Source of the DNA: Candidatus Binatia bacterium
GTDB taxonomy: Bacteria; Desulfobacterota; Binatia; UBA9968
Assembly (NCBI GenBank): GCA_036004365.1
Contig: DASYRN010000195.1
Location: forward strand, 4,583 to 68,582
Length of the DNA stretch: 64,000 nt
Direction of reading: 5' to 3'
Positions 45,968 to 53,735 of the stretch are shown here, one piece after another. The stretch's first letter is position 1. Every line of letters starts with the position of its first letter. The notes under the pieces are model-generated. The model worked only from the letters and a program-made list of their open reading frames with translations, searched no databases and was not told the DNA's origin. The translations under genes were made by a program, and so were the position numbers.

Positions 45968-45997
45968 TTGACGACTGTCGCAGACCTAACCTATTTT
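45968..45997 (+). promoter_or_regulatory. sigma-70-like promoter, copy C of the CCCCTTGACG-N18-TATTTTAGGGCC family
   Basis: TTGACG 45968-73, an 18-nt spacer, TATTTT 45992-97. 70 nt upstream of the ATG at 46068. Confidence 0.5.
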
Positions 45998-46067
45998 AGG
46001 GCCTCTTACGGCGCATACTAAGTCGGCTCTCTCCGGACTGCGGTTTGTTGGGCGGGCTTTTCTGTAT

Positions 46068-47045
46068 ATGAGAAGGATCTTAACTTTTTCCCTCGTCCTG
46101 ATATCCACCCTCTATGTTTACGGTCCAGCGGCTAAGGGTCAAACAGTCAAGCTGGGCATAACTTCGAAGACGCTCTTCTTTATCCCTTATTACGTGGGCC
46201 AGAAGAAGGGATTTTACGCAGCGGAAAACATCAAGCTCGAGCCTATTCTCATAGGACGAAGCGACGTTCAGCTCCAGGCATTGCTTGCAGGAGAAATCCA
46301 TATTGGCAGCTTGAATGCCGATGCGACGATCGTCATCAACGAAAAGGGGGGGAATCTTAAGGTCATCGCCGGAACCGACAATTCGGCTCCCTATATCCTC
46401 GTTGGCGGCAAGGCCTACAAAAAGATTGAAGATCTAAAAGGGGCCAGAATCGGTGTGTCCGCCTTGCGGGGAGGGGCGACCTCGATCCTCCTGGATTATC
46501 TCAAAAGCAAAGGCCTTCTTTATCCGCGTGATTTCACCATGGTCCTGATTTCGGGCGGGACCGCTGCGCGCCTGACGGCGCTGGAGGGCGGAGCGATCGC
46601 CGGCGCGGTTTTAGGCGTCCCTTATTCCGACATCGCGATCGACCAGGGGTTCAACCGACTTGGCGACACGTTGGAACTGATCCCCACTTATCAATTCAAT
46701 GCCGTCACCATAAATCCCGCTTGGGCGGAGAAGAACCGCGCCACCGTGGTCCGCTTCCTCAAGGCCCATATCCAAAGCCTGCGCTGGATCTACGGGCATC
46801 CCGATCAAGCCGCGGAGTTCTTCACTCAGGAAATGGGCGTCAAGCCACCTTACGCTCGCAGAGGCATAGAGTATTTCACCAAAAACAAAATCTTCCCGAT
46901 AGACGGCTCGTTTACCCTGGAGGGCCTGAGGATGAACATCGAGGTGCAGGCGAGAGACGGCGTCCTCAAAGAGCCTCTGCCTTCTCCCGAAAGGTATGTC
47001 GATCCGAGCTATATCAAGCAGGCGCACAAAGAACTGGGAATGTAA
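46068..47045 (+). CDS. ABC transporter substrate-binding protein (NMT1/THI5-like)
   Basis: Signal peptide. Third NMT1-like solute-binding protein in the window (see 157..1101 and 19987..20961). Confidence 0.55.
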   Translation: MRRILTFSLVLISTLYVYGPAAKGQTVKLGITSKTLFFIPYYVGQKKGFYAAENIKLEPILIGRSDVQLQALLAGEIHIGSLNADATIVINEKGGNLKVIAGTDNSAPYILVGGKAYKKIEDLKGARIGVSALRGGATSILLDYLKSKGLLYPRDFTMVLISGGTAARLTALEGGAIAGAVLGVPYSDIAIDQGFNRLGDTLELIPTYQFNAVTINPAWAEKNRATVVRFLKAHIQSLRWIYGHPDQAAEFFTQEMGVKPPYARRGIEYFTKNKIFPIDGSFTLEGLRMNIEVQARDGVLKEPLPSPERYVDPSYIKQAHKELGM

Positions 47046-47066
47046 TAGGATCAGGAGGATTCTGTT

Positions 47067-48086
47067 ATGAAAATAGGCTCTCTACTGTTGTCACTTTGCT
47101 TAGCGGTTTCGTTTACGGCGACCTCTCTCGCCCAAGAATTCTACAAAGGCAAGACGATCCGCGTCATCGTCGGCGGGACCGCAGGCGGCGGCTTTGATGT
47201 TTACACCCGAGCGATGACTCGGCACATGGGAAAACATATCCCCGGCAATCCAACCTTCGTCGTCGACAATATGACCGGAGCGGCGACCCGGATCGCGGCC
47301 AAATATATGCATAGCAGCGCCAAGCCGGATGGCCTGACTTTCGGTATCTTCAACGGTTATTTGATCTTAGGGCGGGTGTTGGGGACAGAGGGGATCGATT
47401 TTGATGTGAGGCAATTTGAGTATCTCGGCGTTCCAGTCAAGGACAACGTCGTGTGTGCCCTTCATAAGGCGAGCGGGGTCACGAACTTTCAGCAATGGGT
47501 TGCCGCGAAGACGCCGGTGAAGATCGGTGGCCTCGGTCCGGGGAACAGCACGAGCGATGTTCCGAGGATTCTCAAGGCGGCGCTCGATCTCCCTCTTCAG
47601 CTCGTCGAGGGTTACAAAGGCACGGCTGACGTGCGGTTAGCCGCGGATGCAGGCGAAGTCGGGGGCGGCTGCTGGGCATGGGAATCCGTGAAGGTGACCT
47701 GGGCCAGTGGGTTACAATCGGGAAGCGTCAACGTGGTCGTCCAAGCGACGCCTAAGGCGCTGCCGGAGCTTTCGAAGGTGCCGGTCGCCCTCGAAGTCGC
47801 CAAGACCGAGGAGGGGCGCCAGCTGATCAAAGCCGGCGCAGTCGATGTGTCCAGCATCACGCGGGTTTATGCTACGACGCCCGGCACTCCCAAAGATCGA
47901 GTCCAAACCTTACGCAAGGCGTTCATCGACACGCTCAAAGACCCGGAATTCGTTGCCGAGGCCAAGAAATCAAACCTCGAGATCGATCCGCTGACCGGAG
48001 AAGAGGTGCAAAAAACCGTCGCCGGCTTGTTCAACCTAAACCCCGCCACGGTGTCCAAGCTCGCATCCGTCCTTGCAGTGAAGTAA
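47067..48086 (+). CDS. tripartite tricarboxylate transporter substrate-binding protein (TctC/Bug family)
   Basis: Signal peptide, then ...IRVIVGGTAGGGFDVYTRAM..., resembling the TctC PxxGGxxD motif region. Confidence 0.5.
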   Translation: MKIGSLLLSLCLAVSFTATSLAQEFYKGKTIRVIVGGTAGGGFDVYTRAMTRHMGKHIPGNPTFVVDNMTGAATRIAAKYMHSSAKPDGLTFGIFNGYLILGRVLGTEGIDFDVRQFEYLGVPVKDNVVCALHKASGVTNFQQWVAAKTPVKIGGLGPGNSTSDVPRILKAALDLPLQLVEGYKGTADVRLAADAGEVGGGCWAWESVKVTWASGLQSGSVNVVVQATPKALPELSKVPVALEVAKTEEGRQLIKAGAVDVSSITRVYATTPGTPKDRVQTLRKAFIDTLKDPEFVAEAKKSNLEIDPLTGEEVQKTVAGLFNLNPATVSKLASVLAVK

Positions 48087-48096
48087 GGGCGATGGC

Positions 48097-49395
48097 TTGA
48101 TCTCAACCTTTTTTAAGTTTCTCTCAGGCATCTACTATGGTTGGCGGATGGTGGGGTTGGTGTCCACCATCCGCGTTCTCGGCGGAGGGCTGCACCAGTA
48201 CGGCTTCACCGTCTTTTTTCTCCCGATCAGCCAGGATCTTGGCTTGAGTCGCGCCGCTACTTCTTTGGCCTTTTCTCTCGCCCGAGCCGAGGGAGCCATC
48301 GAAGGTCCTGTGGTCGGCTACCTGGTCGACCGCCATGGCCCAAGACCCATGATTATGGTCGCGGCCGTCCTGACGGGCATTGGTTATATCCTTCTCTCTT
48401 GGGTCGACAGCTACGCAAGCTTTCTTATCATCTATCTGGGGGTGATCTCTCTCGCTTTCACCGCCGGCTTCGTGCATTCGCCGATGGTCGTGGCGAACAG
48501 CTGGTTTATTCGGCGGCGGGCACGCGCCATGACTTTGATCAGCGCCGCGGTGCCGGTCGGCGGGGCCATGATTTCTCCGCTGCTTGCCATGGCCGTTTAT
48601 GCGTGGGGCTGGCGCTGGGCCGCCTTTCTTGCAGGCTGCCTCTTTCTATTTATTGCGGCTCCTTTGAGCGTTCGTTTGCGGCGGTCTCCTGAGAGCATAG
48701 GTCTTCTGCCGGACGGCGACCCGCCTCAGAAAGGGGCCCCTCGAAGCGCCCCGGACAAGAGTCGCGCTCCAGGCGATAAGGAAGAAACGGATTTCACTGT
48801 GCGCCACGCCATGAGCACGTTTGTTTATTGGATGCTGGTCCTATCCATGATGGCCAGGGTCGGAGCTTACAGCACGGTATCGGTGCACTTTGTCCCGATC
48901 ATGGTCTGGAAGGGTTTGAGCCAGGAGCAGGCCGCCCTTTTTCTCGGCGCCTTCGCTTTTTTGAACCTGCTGTCCCATTTTCTCTTGGGATGGATCGCCG
49001 ACATGATGAACAAGCTACAGTTGCTTACTGCCTGCATGTTTATTGCAGCGGCGTCAGTGCTGGCGCTGATGTGGGGCGAGGCCTACTGGCTGCTCTGGCT
49101 TTTCACGATTCTGTTCACCGTGATCGATGCCTCGTTTCCGATCGCCTGGGCCGCAGTGGGCGATTTTTTCGGCCGCAGATATTTCGCCACAATCCGGGGA
49201 ACGATGAGCTTCTTCTACCAGTGGGGGAGTGTCATTGGACCGGTGCTCGCCGGAGCGATTTATGACCAAAGCCAAACCTACCATTCCGTGCTCTGGGGCC
49301 TCTTTGTCCTTCTCTTGATTTCATCTTTTCTGAACGCGCTTCTCATCAAGCCCTGGGCCGACTCCCGCAAGCGCCTTCTTGCGCTTTCTTCCTGA
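48097..49395 (+). CDS. MFS transporter
   Basis: 432 aa, 12 predicted TM helices. Loop 2-3 motif-like GYLVDRHGPRP. The C-terminal 25 codons are duplicated downstream (see repeat). Confidence 0.65.
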   Translation: MISTFFKFLSGIYYGWRMVGLVSTIRVLGGGLHQYGFTVFFLPISQDLGLSRAATSLAFSLARAEGAIEGPVVGYLVDRHGPRPMIMVAAVLTGIGYILLSWVDSYASFLIIYLGVISLAFTAGFVHSPMVVANSWFIRRRARAMTLISAAVPVGGAMISPLLAMAVYAWGWRWAAFLAGCLFLFIAAPLSVRLRRSPESIGLLPDGDPPQKGAPRSAPDKSRAPGDKEETDFTVRHAMSTFVYWMLVLSMMARVGAYSTVSVHFVPIMVWKGLSQEQAALFLGAFAFLNLLSHFLLGWIADMMNKLQLLTACMFIAAASVLALMWGEAYWLLWLFTILFTVIDASFPIAWAAVGDFFGRRYFATIRGTMSFFYQWGSVIGPVLAGAIYDQSQTYHSVLWGLFVLLLISSFLNALLIKPWADSRKRLLALSS

Positions 49396-49427
49396 CGCTG
49401 TATCCACGATCACGAGTCACGACCACG
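49343..49427 (+). repeat. direct repeat DR-L (about 85 bp) overlapping the 3' end of the MFS gene
   Basis: TCATCAAGCCCTGGGCCGACTCCCGCAAGCGCCTTCTTGCGCTTTCTTCCTGACGCTGTATCCACGATCACGAGTCACGACCACG. About 85% identical to 50297-50381. Confidence 0.7.
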
Positions 49428-49562
49428 TCCCGCATTCTTGGTCATTTTTACGCTTTCACCCTTCATGATTCTTCCTTTCCCTAGTTCTCCCGCAGGTAGG
49501 CTGCACGAACGCGAACCGCGTTCTTCCCCGCCTGTTGCCTTCCCTCTAAATTTGCCCTAAGT

Positions 49563-50272
49563 GTGGCCAAGGAAGCGCGGGCGATGGCGATGGAAATCAG
49601 CGTGCTCAGCGCGGGCGCGGTCCAGCCCGGGCTGGTGAAAGTCATCGATGCGTTCCGGCGCGAAACTGGTCACGATGTAAAGTCGTCTTCGCTACCGCAC
49701 CAGCGATCCGCAAACGCATCGGCGGCGAGACGGTGGACGTTGTTGTTGCGCCGCTGGCCCTGCTGGATGACCTGGTCAAGACCGGGAAAGCCGCCGCGGC
49801 GGACCGGGTCACAGTCGGACGGATTGGAGTAGGAGTCATGGTTTGCGACGGAGCGCCGCTGCCGAAGATCTCCACTGTTGATGACTTTAAACGATCCCTG
49901 CTGAAGGCCGAATCGGTCGTTTACAACCGGGCCTCAACCGGGATCTATCTTGAGAGTTTGTTCGGCCGTCTAAGAATCGCGGGACAACTGAAAGCCAAAA
50001 CGACGCGCTATCCGGATTTCGCTGCCGTGCTCAATCACGTCAGCAAAGGCAAAGGGAACCAAATCGGTCTTGGGGCGACCACCGTCATCATCGAGGGCAA
50101 AAAGAAGGGACTTAGGTTCGTCGGCCCACTGCCGGCAGAGATTCAGAACTACACGACTTACGCCGCGACAGTCACGGAGTACGGGGCTGCCAAGGACGCG
50201 CCGCGGGAGTTTGTCCGCTACATCACAACCCCGGGGGCAAGGGCGGCACTTGCCACCGCCGGCATCGAATAA
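49563..50272 (+). CDS. PBP-like (SBP_bac_11 / molybdate-binding-like) small solute-binding protein; frame broken at an A3 run
   Basis: ISVLSAGAVQPGLVKVIDAFRRETGHDVK, then (with AAA at 49679-81 read as AAAA) VVFATAPAIRKRIGGETVDVVVAPLALLDDLVKTGK... No obvious signal peptide. Confidence 0.45.
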
Positions 50273-50296
50273 GTTGCGACCTTGTGACCGCTCTTA

Positions 50297-50381
50297 TCAT
50301 CAAGCCCTGAGTCGATTCCCGCAAGCGACTTCTTGCGCTCTCTTCCTAACGTCTGGTCAACGATCACGAGTCAAGACCACG
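50297..50381 (+). repeat. direct repeat DR-R (about 85 bp), a degenerate copy of the MFS gene 3' end
   Basis: TCATCAAGCCCTGAGTCGATTCCCGCAAGCGACTTCTTGCGCTCTCTTCCTAACGTCTGGTCAACGATCACGAGTCAAGACCACG. Contains an in-frame stop where DR-L codes ...KPWADSRKRLLALSS. Confidence 0.7.
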
Positions 50382-50404
50382 AGCACGCTCTTTCTCTCCC
50401 TGTT

Positions 50405-51061
50405 TTACTTCTTTTCGCTTCCCCAAACCTCTTGGAGCCGCCGCTCCCGGCCGCAGCCGGCGAGGTAGAGCTGATAGCGCAGCGGGTTTTTCAGATGGAA
50501 GTCCTGGTGATATTCCTCAGCGGGATAGAACTGTGAGGCGGCAACGATTTCGGTCACGATAGGCTGTTTGAAGCGGCCTTGGAGTGCCTTCTTGGTTTGT
50601 TCCGCGAGGCGTTTCTGCGTTTCATCATGATAGAAGAGGGCCGTCCGATACTGATTCCCTGTGTCGCAGAACTGTGCGTTGGGCGTGACCGGATCGATGT
50701 TACGCCAGTAGACTTCGAGGAGTTTTTCGTAGGTGATTTTTTTCGGATCGTAGGTAACCTGCACCGACTCGGCGTGGCCGGTGCGGCCTGTGACGACCTC
50801 CTCGTAGGTCGGATTCTTTTTGGTGCCGCCGGTGTAGCCGGAGGTTGTCGAAAGAACGCCCTCGACCTTGTCGAAGAGCCGCTCCACAGACCAGAAACAG
50901 CCGCCGGCAAAAGTCGCCTTGGCACTCTGCACGCTGCCAGTGGTCTCAGCCGCGTAGGCCATACCACCGAGGGCAAGAAGTATTACGCTAGTTACAAAAA
51001 GAGCCTTTAGAGTTTTTCCGGCCTTCATAATCCCTCCCAGTAACGATCTTATTCGATCCAA
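50405..51061 (-). CDS. msrA: peptide-methionine (S)-S-oxide reductase MsrA, exported
   Basis: Signal/anchor MKAGKTLKALFVTSVILLALGGMAYA. Active-site motif GGCFWSVE. ...YHQDFHLKNP. Confidence 0.8.
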   Translation of the reverse strand: MDRIRSLLGGIMKAGKTLKALFVTSVILLALGGMAYAAETTGSVQSAKATFAGGCFWSVERLFDKVEGVLSTTSGYTGGTKKNPTYEEVVTGRTGHAESVQVTYDPKKITYEKLLEVYWRNIDPVTPNAQFCDTGNQYRTALFYHDETQKRLAEQTKKALQGRFKQPIVTEIVAASQFYPAEEYHQDFHLKNPLRYQLYLAGCGRERRLQEVWGSEKK

Positions 51062-51162
51062 GAGCCAAAATCACGCTTTATCCATTCTTGGTAAGAGCTC
51101 TGTGAACGGCATATACCGTAGAACTCTCTGGAGTTCTTTTGGTTCCCGCTTTTTGGCAACCT

Positions 51163-51903
51163 TTATCCGTCGAGCTCGGGATAATGGCGGAAGATGCCTT
51201 GTTGGTTGAAAGGGATGCGCCGCGGCGATTTTAGGTAGGCGGCAAGCCGGGGGCGAGTCGAAATGCGATCGTGCAGCGCTACCAAGCGCGGATGTGTGGG
51301 TTCCAGTCTTGCCATTGCGTTCGGAAAGGCATAGCGCAAGCCTTCGATCATCTGGAACATCGATAGATCGACGTAAGAAACCGCCTTGCCCACGAGACAG
51401 GCGGTGCCTTTCGAATTGCGCTTGAGTATCCTCTCGAAATAATCGAGGAACTTCGGTAGGCGCTCCTCCCTGAAGTCCGCTGCGCGCCGCATCGCTTCAC
51501 GCTTCTGCTCCTCATAGTAGAGACCGCCCGAGATCGGATGATGGGTGTCGTGAACTTCGACGACCCAATCGGCGATTGTGAGCTGCAACTGGTGTGCCCA
51601 GAGCCGGCTCGCCTCGGTTTTTGGCACGAGGCCGAGTCGCGGGGCGAGAAACAGCAGGATGTTTGCGGTTTGCGCGATCACCAGTTTGCCGGCTTTCAGG
51701 AAAGGCGGCGCGAACGGCGGATGCTCGACCGATCGGTTTTCTAAGAAGCGCATCAGCGCGGTAACGCCGCCGCGCTTCGGGAGACGAGCAACATCCACGT
51801 AATCCGCGCCCGTGTCCTCAAGCGCAAGCCGGACAAACTCGCCACGGCCCTGTATTTCGGGCCAGTAATACAGCTCATAGCGCATGTGGATTCTCCTCGG
51901 CAC
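51163..51903 (-). CDS. glutathione S-transferase family protein
   Basis: Thioredoxin-like N-domain (…YELYYWPEIQGRGEFVRLALE…) and helical C-domain. 246 aa. Confidence 0.65.
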   Translation of the reverse strand: MPRRIHMRYELYYWPEIQGRGEFVRLALEDTGADYVDVARLPKRGGVTALMRFLENRSVEHPPFAPPFLKAGKLVIAQTANILLFLAPRLGLVPKTEASRLWAHQLQLTIADWVVEVHDTHHPISGGLYYEEQKREAMRRAADFREERLPKFLDYFERILKRNSKGTACLVGKAVSYVDLSMFQMIEGLRYAFPNAMARLEPTHPRLVALHDRISTRPRLAAYLKSPRRIPFNQQGIFRHYPELDG

Positions 51904-52112
51904 AAAAGTTTCGAGTTACGAGTGTCGAGTTTCGAGCTAAAACTTGACAGACTTTTGAAAAATTTTTGGTTCACCCTTCGACTCGGCTCAGGGTGAACGG
52001 AGAGCTCAGGAAATCATTGATTATTTTCCGTTCGTGCTGAGCTTTGTCGAAGCATGGAGTTACTTTTTCAACACTCTGCTGAAAAACTAGAAACGCGCAA
52101 CTAGAAACTCTA

Positions 52113-53063
52113 TTAACCCCAGGCGAGCGCTCGGGACGCTCCTACACTCCGGCGCCACCGGAGGTCAAACCTCCACAGCCCGGCCGTCTCGGCGTGCTCG
52201 AAGGCCCGACGAAGCTCCTCGTGGCTGATGCCTCGGCCGATCTCCGCGTATTTTTCCTCCGTGCTGGCTTTCCAGGCGGGAAAATACTGGTCCATGATGT
52301 TAAGGTAAGTATCTTGCGACACTTCCGAGGCGAGATATCGGGTAATGTCCCGGGTATCGTCCAGCATTCCAGGCATCACCAGATGGCGCACGAGAACGCC
52401 GCGGAGAGCCAAGCCCTCCTCGTCCGCCTTCAGAACGCCGACCTGCTCTTGCATCGCCCATGTGACCTTGCGAGCCGCCTCAGGATAGTCGGGGGCCAAG
52501 AGATATTTCCGGCAACGCTCCAAGCTCCAGAGCTTGAAATCGGGCATGTAAATATCCACGACCCCATCCATGAGGTGGATGCTGTCCAGGCTATCGTAAG
52601 CGCTCGTGTTGTAGACCAGCGGCACGCGCAAGCCCCGCTCAATCGCGTGAGGGAGCGCCTCTAGAATCTGTGGCACGACGTGCTCCGGTGTGACGAAGTT
52701 GATATTGTGGCATTCTCTTTCCTGAAGCTCGATCATCATCCCTGCCAGCTCCTTAGGCGTCACTTCGTTGCCTTCGCCCTTCTGGCTCGTCTCATAGTTT
52801 TGACAGAAGACGCAGCGGAGATTGCACCAGCCGAAAAAGATCGTGCCGGAGCCATGCCAGCCCCGCAGCACATCCTCCTCGCCGAAATGCGGGAAGAAGG
52901 ATGACACGCGCGCGTAACGCGCGACCTTGCAAACCGCGTATTTCTCCCAGCGGTTGACCTCGCAGTTGCGCGGGCAGAGAGTGCAGGAGTGGAGACACTC
53001 CAAAGCCTGATCGATTTTTTCTTTCAGGATTCCGCTCTCGTAGCTGATTAAATAGGCGGGCAC
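52113..53063 (-). CDS. PflX-like (COG1313) radical SAM protein
   Basis: N-terminal CTLCPRNC motif plus a radical-SAM cluster CNLRCVFCQNYETSQ. ...FPHFGEE... pattern of PFL-activase-related PflX. Confidence 0.6.
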   Translation of the reverse strand: MPAYLISYESGILKEKIDQALECLHSCTLCPRNCEVNRWEKYAVCKVARYARVSSFFPHFGEEDVLRGWHGSGTIFFGWCNLRCVFCQNYETSQKGEGNEVTPKELAGMMIELQERECHNINFVTPEHVVPQILEALPHAIERGLRVPLVYNTSAYDSLDSIHLMDGVVDIYMPDFKLWSLERCRKYLLAPDYPEAARKVTWAMQEQVGVLKADEEGLALRGVLVRHLVMPGMLDDTRDITRYLASEVSQDTYLNIMDQYFPAWKASTEEKYAEIGRGISHEELRRAFEHAETAGLWRFDLRWRRSVGASRALAWG

Positions 53064-53255
53064 AAATTTACGCCGGCGGAAGAGGAAACGGCCGTTGCCA
53101 TGAATCGCGGCTGGAAGCTCTGTCCCGAGTTTCGAGATCGACCTCCTTTTCCATCTTTGCCACAGGCTTTGTCACTAATCAAAGCCGATGGCCGGATTAA
53201 CTATTTGGAGTCGGGGCCCTCGCGTGATAGATTGAGCGACCGCGGAATTGGCGAG

Positions 53256-53720
53256 ATGGCCGGGGAGAGGAAATTCAAGGATCAAACATCGGCGCAAGAA
53301 GAGGTCGTCCGCAAATACTTCCATCAAGTGCTTGACATGGGAAAGACAGAGCTCATTGAGGAGCTCTTTCATCCTCAGTGCGTCCTGCACCGACCTGGAG
53401 GAGACGTTGTGGGAATCGACGGCGCTCGTGGCGTAGCGGAGCGGCGCAAGGAAACCTTTTCGCAGTTTCAAACGGAGATTCTCGATCTTTTTGGATCGGG
53501 AGACAGGTTGGTGGTGCGGCTGTTGCACCGTGGCGTGGGAGGCGGTAAATGGCGCTCCCGCCTGGGACATTACGACGTTACAGGCCGAGCGGTGAGCTGG
53601 AACGCGATCGCGATCTTTCGCTTTGAAGAAACCAAGATTATCGAGGAATGGGTTACCCGCGACGAGCTCGGGATGATTTTACAATTCGGGCTGCTCAAAC
53701 CCGCTACCGACGCACGGTAG
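53256..53720 (+). CDS. SnoaL-like / NTF2-fold protein (ester-cyclase-like)
   Basis: Start moved to MAGERKF. ...VRKYFHQVLDMGKTELIEELFHPQCVLHRPGG... is typical of SnoaL-like cyclases. Confidence 0.45.
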   Translation: MAGERKFKDQTSAQEEVVRKYFHQVLDMGKTELIEELFHPQCVLHRPGGDVVGIDGARGVAERRKETFSQFQTEILDLFGSGDRLVVRLLHRGVGGGKWRSRLGHYDVTGRAVSWNAIAIFRFEETKIIEEWVTRDELGMILQFGLLKPATDAR

Positions 53721-53735
53721 CCAAGGTCGCCAGAA

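Noticed and set aside
8272-50272. Interpreting the six frame-disrupted genes as genuine pseudogenes or programmed frameshifts
   Set aside because: Every disruption is in a mononucleotide run and the restored proteins look intact. A systematic sequencing or assembly error is the more economical explanation. Kept as a finding to be verified.
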